This document shows positions 1 to 8,925 of a DNA stretch of 34,206 nucleotides, one piece after another; the first letter of the stretch is position 1; every line of letters starts with the position of its first letter. Position numbers and translations under genes: made by a program. Origin of the DNA: Myxococcota bacterium (GTDB lineage: Bacteria; Myxococcota_A; UBA796; GCA-2862545). The notes beneath the pieces are model-generated. The model searched no databases, was not told the DNA's origin, and was given only the letters and a program-made list of their open reading frames with translations. The stretch lies in contig JBCCQY010000098.1 in the NCBI GenBank assembly GCA_039208735.1, positions 1 through 34,206 on the forward strand. Reading direction: 5' to 3'.

Positions 1-2
1 CC

Positions 3-203
3 AACGAAGCGCAAGATCTGGCATCCGAGGTCGTCGAACTCGAACGCCGCCGCTTCTCCATCGGCGGCGGCGACGTGTTCGAACTGCTGGGGCGCGAAGC
101 AAACCTCGCGAAAGCTCGTAAGGACGCTGTAGACGCGCGGTTCGACCTTCAGATTGCTCGACTGGCTCGCGAAGCCGCGACCGCGGAATTGGGCGAGCCG
201 TAG
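3..203 (+). CDS. TolC-family outer membrane efflux protein, C-terminal fragment (5' part outside window)
   Basis: Manual translation of frame 3 gives NEAQDLASEVVELERRRFSIGGGDVFELLGREANLAKARKDAVDARFDLQIARLAREAATAELGEP then TAG (201-203). The ERRRFxxG..D..ELL..E..L..A pattern is typical of the last helices of OEP/TolC proteins. Not in the ORF track. Confidence 0.75.
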   Translation, partial: NEAQDLASEVVELERRRFSIGGGDVFELLGREANLAKARKDAVDARFDLQIARLAREAATAELGEP

Positions 204-206
204 TCG

Positions 207-1724
207 CTACGCGGCTTCCGTCTCGCGACCGCGGTAAATGCCCCGCGCCGCCAATGTGTCCCACTCGACCACCACTTCGCCGCCTCGGCTCTCGTACTGC
301 TTACGCCAATCCGACAGCAATTCGAAGCAGGCGTGGTCCACGTAGTCCACATCTTCAAGGTGAATGTGGACTTCACGCTCGGCCGGCAGCTCCTGCAAGG
401 TGCGAGCGAGCTTCGGTAGCACCACGAAGGTGCCCGAACCCGCCATGTGCACATCGATGCGGCCTTCCGGCACTTCAGGACTGCGCACGTCAATGTCGAG
501 GTGCGAGAAGCTCCACGCCAACTTGAGAAACGAAAGCCCAATGCCCACGAGCAAGCCCGTCAGCAGGTCGGTGGCCACGATGGCCCCCACCGTCGCCACA
601 TAGATTCCGAGTTCCGCTTTGCCGCGGGCGAGGAATCCCCGCACGATTTCGGGATTCACAAGCTTCCAGCCAATATAGACGAGCACCGCCGCGAGCGAAG
701 CGACGGGAATCCACGTCAGGGCAAACGGCACCATCGCCACGGCAATCAAAAGCCAGATGCCGTGCATGACCGCCGACCATCGAGTCTGCGCCCCCGACGC
801 CACGTTCGCGCTGCTTCGCACGATGACGCCGGTGACCGGCAGTCCGCCGAGGAAGCCGACCACTGCGTTCCCCACCCCTTGCGCGAACAGTTCGCGGTCC
901 AGGTCGGTTCGCACACCGGTGTGCAGCTTGTCGACCGCCACGGCACACAGCAGCGCTTCGGCACTTGCGATGGCCGCGAGCGCCAACGCGGAGCCGATGA
1001 CCGACGGCTCCGTCAGACGGCCTAGCGTCTCGAAGGTCGGGAAGGAGAACAGGTTGGCGAAACCGTCGGGAATCGTGACGTAGGCAATGTTCAGGCCAAA
1101 CGCGGCCGCGGCCGCGACCGCCGCAGCAACCGCAAGCAGCGGGGCCGGCAGGGCCGACAAGCCACCCGGAAGCCGGTTGCGAATCCCGTTCCACACCACG
1201 AGCACAATCAGGGTCAAGACACCGATGGCAGCGGCAGCCCGGTGCTCTGAACCGCTTACCCCCTTCACGATGGCGCCCGGAATCGCGATGAGGTTCGCAA
1301 GACCACTACTCACCGGCTTGTCATCGATCATCACGTGAAACTGTGACGCGAAAATCAGGATGCCAATGCCGGCGAGCATGCCGTAAATGACTGCCGGCGC
1401 GACCGCGCGGAACCACGGCGCAACCCCGAGCCGACCTGCCGCCAGCTGGACAACGCCCGCCACGAGCACGATGGGCCCGAGCATTTCGATGCCGTGGGTC
1501 TGCACGATCTCGTAGACGATGACCGCGAGGCCGGCCGCAGGACCACTCACCTGCAGCGGCGAGCCCGCTAACGCACCCACGACAATGCCACCTACAATAC
1601 CGGAAATAAGCCCCATGGCGGGGGGAACCCCGGATGCGATGGCCACGCCCATGCAGAGGGGCAACGCCACCAGCAGCACCACGATCGACGCCATCCCTTC
1701 TCGAAACACTGACTGAGCGGTCAT
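207..1724 (-). CDS. SulP/SLC26 anion (probably bicarbonate/sulfate) transporter with a short STAS-like tail
   Basis: Motifs ALPLCMGVAIASG, GSPLQVSGPAAGL, RELFAQGVGN and GGLPVTGVIVRSSAN, many TM segments, and a C-terminal STAS-like YVDHAC. Start moved to ATG 1724 (MTAQSVF), which follows GGGAGAGG. Confidence 0.93.
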   Translation of the reverse strand: MTAQSVFREGMASIVVLLVALPLCMGVAIASGVPPAMGLISGIVGGIVVGALAGSPLQVSGPAAGLAVIVYEIVQTHGIEMLGPIVLVAGVVQLAAGRLGVAPWFRAVAPAVIYGMLAGIGILIFASQFHVMIDDKPVSSGLANLIAIPGAIVKGVSGSEHRAAAAIGVLTLIVLVVWNGIRNRLPGGLSALPAPLLAVAAAVAAAAAFGLNIAYVTIPDGFANLFSFPTFETLGRLTEPSVIGSALALAAIASAEALLCAVAVDKLHTGVRTDLDRELFAQGVGNAVVGFLGGLPVTGVIVRSSANVASGAQTRWSAVMHGIWLLIAVAMVPFALTWIPVASLAAVLVYIGWKLVNPEIVRGFLARGKAELGIYVATVGAIVATDLLTGLLVGIGLSFLKLAWSFSHLDIDVRSPEVPEGRIDVHMAGSGTFVVLPKLARTLQELPAEREVHIHLEDVDYVDHACFELLSDWRKQYESRGGEVVVEWDTLAARGIYRGRETEAA

Positions 1725-1792
1725 GCCCTCTCCCAAAAGACGTGGGACACGGATGTGATGGCCATCCAGTCGGACTCTGGCGGCTCCCGTAC

Positions 1793-1847
1793 CGAGTTTC
1801 GTAACGCATGAGTCGCGACCAGTAAAACGCGACACGAGTTTCCTGTT
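1793..1847. promoter_or_regulatory. Candidate operator in the sulP/wHTH divergent region
   Basis: Imperfect inverted repeat AACGCGAC-N6-TTCCTGTT (1826-1847, 5 of 8 positions match) and direct repeat CGAGTTTC at 1793 and 1835. Confidence 0.3.
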
Positions 1848-1891
1848 ATGAATGCGCGAACCGATTAGACTCCGCAGGATCGGGGGCGCTT

Positions 1892-2227
1892 GTGTTTTCC
1901 ACCTGGACCTTCCTCTCCAATCATGCTCACGTGCTCGTACTGCTGTGCCGCGAACCTGACCTGCGCATGCGCGACATTGCTGGGCGGGTGAGGATTACCG
2001 AGCGCGCGGTCCAGCGCATTGTGCACGACCTCGTCGAAGAGGGGTACCTGCACGTCCGCAAGGAAGGCCGGCGCAACCACTACGACATCAACTACGCCGC
2101 GCACTTACGGCATCCCCTCGAAGAAGGGGTAACCATCCGACAGTTCCTCGCAGGGCTTGAAAGGGTTGGTTCAAGGCCCGAAGAAGAAGAGGCGTTCGAA
2201 GTCGCCGAGTCGCGTTCGGTCCGCTAG
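1892..2227 (+). CDS. Winged helix-turn-helix transcriptional regulator (MarR/ArsR/AsnC-like, WTFLSNH subfamily)
   Basis: N-terminal WTFLSNHAHVL, HTH MRDIAGRVRITERAVQRIVHDL, wing GRRNHY, then LRHPLE. Divergent from sulP. Confidence 0.88.
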   Translation: MFSTWTFLSNHAHVLVLLCREPDLRMRDIAGRVRITERAVQRIVHDLVEEGYLHVRKEGRRNHYDINYAAHLRHPLEEGVTIRQFLAGLERVGSRPEEEEAFEVAESRSVR

Positions 2228-2228
2228 C

Positions 2229-2855
2229 TTACTCGGCCGGCCGTTCCGCCACGAGCCGCTGGAGCGCCGCTTTCCGAGCCGCCGCGGTGCTTACATCGTC
2301 ACGGTCCGACAGCGTTCGTCGAAGGTGCGTCACGACCTCTTCGCTCATGGCCGGCGGAAGCCAATCGACCACCCACGGATCGGCTTCGCGACGTCCGATC
2401 GTGATGCGTTCATCTGCGTAGGCAACCTCGGTGATGTCGTCGTAATCGAGGTGACGCATCTGTGCGCCCTCGGCGCTTAGGACCTCGCTTTCATCTAGAG
2501 TCCAATCGCCTCGAATCTCGTCGATGACCAATCGACGTCGGTCGAGCCGCAGTCGGCGGAAGATGGGTTCCGCTCCCGCGCTGACTTGCGCCACGAAAGC
2601 GACACCAAGCGCGAGGAGCAGGGCAAAGAGCACCAGAGGCAGAATCTGCCCCAGCACGGTCTGCGCGAACTCGAAGAGCGGCAGCAAGATGAGCAACATG
2701 ACGATGCCCGCCATGGCGCGCGCAATGGGCCAGCGGCCAACGGTGGACGCGTTGCCCGCAAGGGTTCGCACGGCCCACCCAGCTTCGTCAAACGCCGAGG
2801 CGCGAACCATGCTGGTGGGTAACGGGCCGTGGGACGTCTCGTCGGGAGGCGCCAT
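2229..2855 (-). CDS. Hypothetical membrane protein (two TM helices plus a soluble C-terminal domain)
   Basis: 208 aa ORF with hydrophobic segments AMAGIVMLLILLPLF and ILPLVLFALLLALGVAFVA. Starts 1 nt after the radical SAM stop codon. Confidence 0.7.
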   Translation of the reverse strand: MAPPDETSHGPLPTSMVRASAFDEAGWAVRTLAGNASTVGRWPIARAMAGIVMLLILLPLFEFAQTVLGQILPLVLFALLLALGVAFVAQVSAGAEPIFRRLRLDRRRLVIDEIRGDWTLDESEVLSAEGAQMRHLDYDDITEVAYADERITIGRREADPWVVDWLPPAMSEEVVTHLRRTLSDRDDVSTAAARKAALQRLVAERPAE

Positions 2856-2856
2856 A

Positions 2857-3921
2857 TCAGGCTACGAGCTTGCGCAACGCGAACGGAAGCCGATGCACCG
2901 GCGCATAGCCCACCGCTCGAGCCGCCTCCTTGATGCGTTCAAAGTCGTGATGCACGGTGGCGCCAGCCTTCTGGGTCACTTCGTCTTCGGTGGGAATGTC
3001 GAAGTCGTTGGCCCCAAAACGCAATCCGTGCAGTGCATTTTCATTCTGGGTCAGCACGCTGGTGCGGATGTGGTCGAAGTTGTGAAGGTACAATCGACAG
3101 ATCGCGAGCCAACGGAGGTACTCACGGGTTTCGATTTCCGTGCCCCCGAGGTCGGTGTGCCACGGCTTGTACGTCCAGCAAAGGAAGCTCGGCAGGGCTC
3201 GACCGTTTTCATCTTGGAAGCGACGGAGTCGCTCAAGGTGATTCAGCCGTTCGTCGAGCGTCTCGTCAAAACCAATGACCATCGTGGCCGTCGATCCGAG
3301 GCCCGCCCGCAAAATGGCAGCCTGGGCCCGATAGTAATCTTCGACCGTATATTTTAGCGGGCTGTGCCGCTTGCGGAACGCGTCGTCCATGACTTCGGCT
3401 CCGCCGCCGGTGACCCACTTGACACCCGCGTCAGCAAAGAGGCGAGCTCCCTCGTCGTAGGTGATTTGGGTGATTTTGCAGGAGTACATGAACTCCGCCA
3501 CCGTCATCTCGTAGAACTCAAGATGCGGGTAGCGCTCCCGCACGGCGGCGAACAACTCCGCATAGTCCTGGATTCGCATCTTCGGATGGAACCCACCGTT
3601 GAAGCCAACCATCGAGCCCCCGAGGGCCTCGAGGGCGTCGATCTTCTCGAAGACCTGCGACAACGTGAGCAGGTACCCATCGGGCGCCTTGGGAAGACGA
3701 TAGAACGCGCAATAATCGCAGCGCGCAACGCAGATGTTGGTGTAGTTGATGATGGCCATGACAAGGTAGGTCGCCTCACCCACTGGGTGCCGCTGATTGC
3801 GGGCCCAGGTGGCCAAGGTCGACAACTGCTCGTCGCTGGCTTCGTTAAACAACCAGCCTGCTTCGTCCCGTTGCAAGGGGCGGCCGGCATGGACCGCCGC
3901 CTCGATCTCGGCATACGCCAT
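2857..3921 (-). CDS. mqnC: CofH/MqnC-family radical SAM protein, probably cyclic dehypoxanthine futalosine synthase
   Basis: INYTNICVARCDYCAFYR (CxxxCxxC), GGFHP, GGGAEV, STATMVIG and FGANDF. Start set at ATG 3921 after AGGAG. The family is secure; the exact paralogue (MqnC, MqnE or CofH) is less so. Confidence 0.75.
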   Translation of the reverse strand: MAYAEIEAAVHAGRPLQRDEAGWLFNEASDEQLSTLATWARNQRHPVGEATYLVMAIINYTNICVARCDYCAFYRLPKAPDGYLLTLSQVFEKIDALEALGGSMVGFNGGFHPKMRIQDYAELFAAVRERYPHLEFYEMTVAEFMYSCKITQITYDEGARLFADAGVKWVTGGGAEVMDDAFRKRHSPLKYTVEDYYRAQAAILRAGLGSTATMVIGFDETLDERLNHLERLRRFQDENGRALPSFLCWTYKPWHTDLGGTEIETREYLRWLAICRLYLHNFDHIRTSVLTQNENALHGLRFGANDFDIPTEDEVTQKAGATVHHDFERIKEAARAVGYAPVHRLPFALRKLVA

Positions 3922-3974
3922 GGTGGTCTCCTGGAGAAGTCGCTGTAACGTGCACAGAGGCGCGGTTAAGCGAG

Positions 3975-4649
3975 CTACTTGCGGACCAACCATTTGAAAA
4001 ATTGCTGCATAAACCCGACGGACCCTTCGTCTGGATTGTCGTCTTCCGCCGACCCGTCTCGAGACCGCGCCCGCAGACTCTGCGTGATGTCCGTCACACT
4101 CTGGATGCGAGGGATTGCCGTCTCCGCCGTTCGGTCTGCCGCCTCCCGAGACCCTGCGAGTAACGCGGGGATGAGCTGTTCCTCGGCCTTTCGAGCCATA
4201 TCGACGGCCCGGTATACCACCAACATGGTAGCCCGCGTTTCACCAACGAAGCTGGCCTGCACACGGACCACGTCGAGCAGTTGGTCGATGCGCTCTGCGT
4301 TCTTTGTCAATTCGGCGGCAACCGTCCGCACGTGGCGCGACACGTCTTCGCCGAGGTTCCATCGTCGCACCAGCGGCCAGAGCTTTTCTTCCCAAGCATC
4401 GAGGCGTTGCATGATCTTTGCCTCGAATCCCTCCCATGCCGACAGCAGAGGTCGAAGGTTGACCAATGGCGGAGTGGCCGGTCCGGACGGTTGGCCAAAC
4501 ATGTCGATCGAACGGTTTGGCTCCTCCTCGGCCGCCTCTTGGCGAGCCAATTCCAGCTCGCGAAGCACTGCGTCCGCCCGACCGAGCGCCATCCGCAGTC
4601 GCGAGTGCTCGACCGCACGGATTTCTTCGATTCGTTGCAGGATGCCCAC
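3975..4649 (-). CDS. Hypothetical helical protein, degenerate hemerythrin/RIC(YtfE)-like
   Basis: Start reassigned to GTG 4649 (after GAGAGGAAG) to avoid overlap with the peptidase. IEEIRAVEHSRLR, RLDAWEEKLWP and ARKAEEQLIP echo hemerythrin HxxxEExxLFP repeats. Confidence 0.6.
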   Translation of the reverse strand: MGILQRIEEIRAVEHSRLRMALGRADAVLRELELARQEAAEEEPNRSIDMFGQPSGPATPPLVNLRPLLSAWEGFEAKIMQRLDAWEEKLWPLVRRWNLGEDVSRHVRTVAAELTKNAERIDQLLDVVRVQASFVGETRATMLVVYRAVDMARKAEEQLIPALLAGSREAADRTAETAIPRIQSVTDITQSLRARSRDGSAEDDNPDEGSVGFMQQFFKWLVRK

Positions 4650-4775
4650 GTACTTCCTCTCACCCACGCCGCGTCGCGGACCAGGGTACACGAACCTTCC
4701 AGACTTTCGCGACCACTCAAGCGCGAAGCCGCCTTTCAAGCTTCCAATCATCCAGGCGCCCCGAACGAGGACACC

Positions 4776-6809
4776 ATGACGACGGATCCCCACCAGTGGC
4801 TCGAAGAGGTCGAGGGCGAGGCAGCCCTTGCCTGGGTTCGCGAGCAGAACGCTGCTACCATCGAGGCCTTCACACACACCGAACCGTTCGGGGTACTCCG
4901 TGACCGGCTCCGGGCCATTCTGGACTCCGATGATCGGATCCCGTATGTCGCCCAACACGGGTCCTTCCTCACGAACTTTTGGCGAGATGCCGAACACCCG
5001 AGGGGCCTCTGGCGACGAACCACGTTCGAGGATTACGCGAGCGGGAATCCGCAATGGGAAACGCTCCTTGACCTCGATTCGCTTGCTGAGAAAGAAGGCG
5101 AGAACTGGGTCTTTGCCGGAGCCACGTTCTGTCGGCCAAACGCGGATCGTGCCTTGGTGATGTTGTCTCGTGGCGGAGCCGATGCGACCGTCGTGCGCGA
5201 GTTCGATCTGAACACGAAAGCATTCGTCACGGATGGATTCGTGTTGAAGGAGGCGAAGGTCCGAATCGCGTGGATCGACGCCGATACGCTGTTTGTGGGC
5301 ACCGACTTTGGGCCCGGCAGCATGACGGACTCAGGCTACCCCCGCACCGTGCGGCGTTGGCACCGCGGGACCTCCATCGACGATGCGGAAATCATCTTTG
5401 ACGCACAAGCTACCGATGTCTCAGTTGCGGGTTGGCACCAGGCAGACCGGAACCGAAGCTTCATTACGGTGCGGCCTGACTTCTTCTCGGAGACCGTCTT
5501 TCGAATCACGCCAGACGGCAACGTCCTTTTGCCCAAGCCCCCCTCGGCCATTTTCGAGGTCTTTCAGGACTGGGTCCTGTTCGAGCTTCGCGAAGATTGG
5601 ACAACCGGAGACACCACCTTTCCCCAAGGTAGTCTGCTGGCGGCTCCCTTCGACGAGGCCTGTGAGGGCAACGCAAACTGGCGGGTCCTGTTTGCTCCCA
5701 CGGCAACCCGCTCCTTGGCTGAATTCGCCATCACGAAGAACCACATCGTGCTCAACACGCTCGAGGACGTAAAGAATCGGTTGTTCGTCGTGAGTCATGC
5801 GAATGGTACCTGGTCGACCCAGCCGCTCTTCACCGACGATCGGCACGCCTTGGACACGGTCCAGGTCGTGGCCGTGGACCGCTACGACAGCGACGCCATC
5901 TGGACGCATCGGTCGGGCTTCACGACCCCGGCCACGTTTGGTCATGCCGAGTTGCCTGGAGGCGTTGAGCAACCGCTTCGCGCGTCCCCTGCCATGTTCG
6001 ATGCCACCGAGGTTCAGGTCAGCCAGCACTTTGCCACGTCGAAGGACGGGACTCGGGTGCCCTACTTTCAGGTGGCCAAGACGTCGGTCCTCGAACAGGG
6101 TCCGGCTCCGACCTTGATCCGGGGATATGGGGGATTCGAGGTTTCGCTTCTGCCGGGCTACGAGGCGATAACGGGCACCGCCTGGCTCGAAGCAGGTGGG
6201 GTCTACATCGTGGCCAACATTCGCGGTGGGGGAGAATACGGTCCGCGTTGGCACCAAGCGGCACTTCGAGCCGAGCGCCCACGGGCCTATGAAGACTTCG
6301 AGGCCATTGGCCACGACCTGGTGGCTCGACAGGTCACCACGCCCAAGAAGCTCACCATCCGTGGAGGCTCCAACGGCGGGTTGCTCATGGGTAACCTCTA
6401 TTTACGCGCTCCCGCCCTGTTCGCCGGAGCCGTGGTGTGCCAGGTGCCTCTCCTGGACATGAAGCGCTACACCAAGCTGCTCGCGGGAGCCTCCTGGGCC
6501 GCCGAGTACGGCAATCCTGATGATCCCGAACAGTGGTCATTCATCCAAACCTTTTCGCCCTACCATATGCTTCACGCCACCGATGACCTGCACCCGCCAC
6601 TCCTTCTGACGACGTCCACGCGCGACGATCGGGTGCACCCGGGGCATGCACGAAAGTTCCGCGCCAAGCTTGCAGAACTCAAACGGCCCAACGTTTGGTA
6701 TTACGAGAACATCGAGGGCGGGCATGGGGGCGCAGCCAACAACGAGCAAGTCGCGTTTCTGACCGCACTTTCGTTCACGTTCCTATGGCGGATGATGGAC
6801 CGGGTGTAA
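4776..6809 (+). CDS. Prolyl oligopeptidase (S9A serine peptidase)
   Basis: N-terminal DPHQWLE, GYGGF, ANIRGGGEYG, nucleophile GGSNGG, DDRVHPGHA and EGGHG. Start ATG 4776 after GAGG. Confidence 0.96.
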   Translation: MTTDPHQWLEEVEGEAALAWVREQNAATIEAFTHTEPFGVLRDRLRAILDSDDRIPYVAQHGSFLTNFWRDAEHPRGLWRRTTFEDYASGNPQWETLLDLDSLAEKEGENWVFAGATFCRPNADRALVMLSRGGADATVVREFDLNTKAFVTDGFVLKEAKVRIAWIDADTLFVGTDFGPGSMTDSGYPRTVRRWHRGTSIDDAEIIFDAQATDVSVAGWHQADRNRSFITVRPDFFSETVFRITPDGNVLLPKPPSAIFEVFQDWVLFELREDWTTGDTTFPQGSLLAAPFDEACEGNANWRVLFAPTATRSLAEFAITKNHIVLNTLEDVKNRLFVVSHANGTWSTQPLFTDDRHALDTVQVVAVDRYDSDAIWTHRSGFTTPATFGHAELPGGVEQPLRASPAMFDATEVQVSQHFATSKDGTRVPYFQVAKTSVLEQGPAPTLIRGYGGFEVSLLPGYEAITGTAWLEAGGVYIVANIRGGGEYGPRWHQAALRAERPRAYEDFEAIGHDLVARQVTTPKKLTIRGGSNGGLLMGNLYLRAPALFAGAVVCQVPLLDMKRYTKLLAGASWAAEYGNPDDPEQWSFIQTFSPYHMLHATDDLHPPLLLTTSTRDDRVHPGHARKFRAKLAELKRPNVWYYENIEGGHGGAANNEQVAFLTALSFTFLWRMMDRV

Positions 6810-6840
6810 GCTGCGGCCCCACCCCCGGGGGTCGATACCC

Positions 6841-8046
6841 ATGGTCGCGCTGCTCGCCCTATCCGCCTGCGTCTCTGTCATTCCGGAGTTCGAGGCCGCC
6901 AAGTCACGCTCTCTGGCGGCTCCGGGTCCCACGCCCACCACCTGGCAGCCCGACGCGGTGCTCCACATGTCGGGCAGCGCCGTCAATGCGATGGTGCGGG
7001 ATGCCATCCAGGATTACGGCACGTTTTCAGCCCGCATTGACCTCACTGCGTTTGCCTTGGTGCCCAACCTCGAGCTGACCGAGATGTCGGTATCGCCGGG
7101 CAAAGGCGAAGGGTGTGACGACTGCCTTGGCGTGGCGATCAAGCTCGACGGACTGCTCGGGCTTGACACCCTGGTGGGCGAAACGAGTACGACCCTTGGA
7201 GCCGATGGAAGCATGGATGTCCGCTTCCTCGTCGACCAGTCCGAAGACGGCACCTGGACCGTCTCCGTGCAGCCGACCCGATTCCGCTTCCTCAACGTCT
7301 CCGTCGGTCCTGTGGCCGTCGGCGTTGGCGGTTTGGGCGAGACCATTGAGGGCTGGATCGACCGCAACCTCATCGCCACGGTCCCGCCACAGGAGATGAT
7401 GTCGCTCGCCCCCGAGGACCTCCCGATCAAGGCCCTCCGCATCGTTCCCGACGAGGGAAGCGTCCAATTTCACCTGCTTACCCGAGCCACGGAACGTGGC
7501 GGGGTAGCGGTGGACGGTCCGCGTCCCGAGAAAGGTTGGCGCATGGACATTTCTCAGCGATCCATCGTCTCGCTTGCCCGCACCGAAGCGTTTAAAGCAG
7601 AGCCATTGACTCGCGGCATCGTTCCTGTTCCCAACTTGTTTTCGATGGATAGCGACTCGTTCACGTTGGGGCTGCGGCTTTGGCGAACCGAAGGTCGAGG
7701 GTGGTGGCGCGATTACGAGGTCAAAGGCACGGTTCGGGTCGACAATGATGAGATCAAGCTGAAAGCCACGGACGTGCAGCAGGTCGACAAGTCGCCCGGG
7801 GCGGCCGCCGCGGACCCCTTGGTCGCACTGGCTCGAGGCCTCATCTTGAACGTCATCGAGAAGGCCTTTGAAACGTCACTGCCCGCCGTGCAGGGAGACG
7901 ACGTCGTCACCACCATCGACCGAATCGAAGCGCGCGATGGTGCACTTCGCTCCTATGGTTCACTGTACTCGGAATACACGGTGACTGGCCCTCCGGCGCT
8001 TGAACCCGAACCCGAGAACACCGAAACGGCCGAAAACACCCCGTAA
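6841..8046 (+). CDS. Putative lipoprotein of unknown function (beta-rich, possibly tubular lipid-binding-like)
   Basis: Lipobox LALSA-C, long alternating beta-strand patterns, a CDDC pair and an acidic Pro-rich tail. The frame is open upstream to a CTG at 6811. Confidence 0.75.
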   Translation: MVALLALSACVSVIPEFEAAKSRSLAAPGPTPTTWQPDAVLHMSGSAVNAMVRDAIQDYGTFSARIDLTAFALVPNLELTEMSVSPGKGEGCDDCLGVAIKLDGLLGLDTLVGETSTTLGADGSMDVRFLVDQSEDGTWTVSVQPTRFRFLNVSVGPVAVGVGGLGETIEGWIDRNLIATVPPQEMMSLAPEDLPIKALRIVPDEGSVQFHLLTRATERGGVAVDGPRPEKGWRMDISQRSIVSLARTEAFKAEPLTRGIVPVPNLFSMDSDSFTLGLRLWRTEGRGWWRDYEVKGTVRVDNDEIKLKATDVQQVDKSPGAAAADPLVALARGLILNVIEKAFETSLPAVQGDDVVTTIDRIEARDGALRSYGSLYSEYTVTGPPALEPEPENTETAENTP

Positions 8047-8049
8047 GCG

Positions 8050-8814
8050 CTATGGCGCAGCGCCAACCACGAGCACCGTGACGTTGTCTTCGCTGCCCGC
8101 GGCCAACGCCTCTTCCGTGAGAACGTGGGCAAGCATGTCGACCGGGGTATCGGCCACGATCTTCTGGATCGCTTCGTCGTCGAGCGGGTCGGTCATGCCA
8201 TCGCTGCAAAGCACAAACACGTCCCCCGGCTGCACGACCCGCGTCGTGGTGTCGGGCTCGACCGGACCATGAAAGCCCACCGACTGGGTGAGAATATGCT
8301 TGTGGGGCAGCAACCGTGCGAGTTCGGGCGTGAGCCGGCCCGCATCGATCTCTTGCTGCACCACGGTATGGTCGCGCGACAACCGGGTCAGTTTGCCGTC
8401 ACGAAACAGATAGGCCCGTGAGTCGCCCACGTGCGCCAGATGGGCTTGGTCGCCATCGACCACCAAAACCACGAGCGTGGTGCCCATGCCCCGGGTCTCG
8501 GGACGACTGTCCGACTCTTTCCGAATCCGAATGCTCGCCTGGTTCATCGCGTAGCGAAGACGCTCCCGCAGTACGTCGGCAGGGTCTTCGGACTCGTGGT
8601 CACGCACCAATCGGGTCTCGTCGGGGTCGACCGCCCCCACGAGCGTCTGGTGCACCACCTCAGTGGCCATTTGCGATGCGACTTCGCCGGCTGCGTGACC
8701 CCCCATGCCGTCGGCGACAATGAACAGCCCAGCGTCCAGATCGATCATCCAGGCGTCTTCGTTGTGCTCGCGAACCGGCCCCGTCTCCGACCGTGCATAG
8801 GCTTCGAGATCCAT
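8050..8814 (-). CDS. PP2C/PPM-family Ser/Thr protein phosphatase (Stp1/PrpC-like)
   Basis: PPM motifs REHNED, VADGMGGHAAGEVAS, GMGTT, HVGDSRAY, DHT, LCSDG and DNVT. Start ATG 8814 after GAGGAAGGG. Confidence 0.96.
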   Translation of the reverse strand: MDLEAYARSETGPVREHNEDAWMIDLDAGLFIVADGMGGHAAGEVASQMATEVVHQTLVGAVDPDETRLVRDHESEDPADVLRERLRYAMNQASIRIRKESDSRPETRGMGTTLVVLVVDGDQAHLAHVGDSRAYLFRDGKLTRLSRDHTVVQQEIDAGRLTPELARLLPHKHILTQSVGFHGPVEPDTTTRVVQPGDVFVLCSDGMTDPLDDEAIQKIVADTPVDMLAHVLTEEALAAGSEDNVTVLVVGAAP

Positions 8815-8925
8815 CCCTTCCTCGCGAACCACGTGGGTGCGTAGCACCCTCGAAACGATAGTGTTGCCATGTAACCGTGGTACTCGACCACGATCATCCG
8901 GGGCTTCGCGCTCCGGGGAGCCCCC

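Noticed and set aside
4281..5054. Apparent large overlap between the peptidase (from 4281) and the minus-strand ORF (from 5054)
   Set aside because: Artefact of longest-ORF calling. SD-supported starts at 4776 (+) and 4649 (-) remove the overlap.
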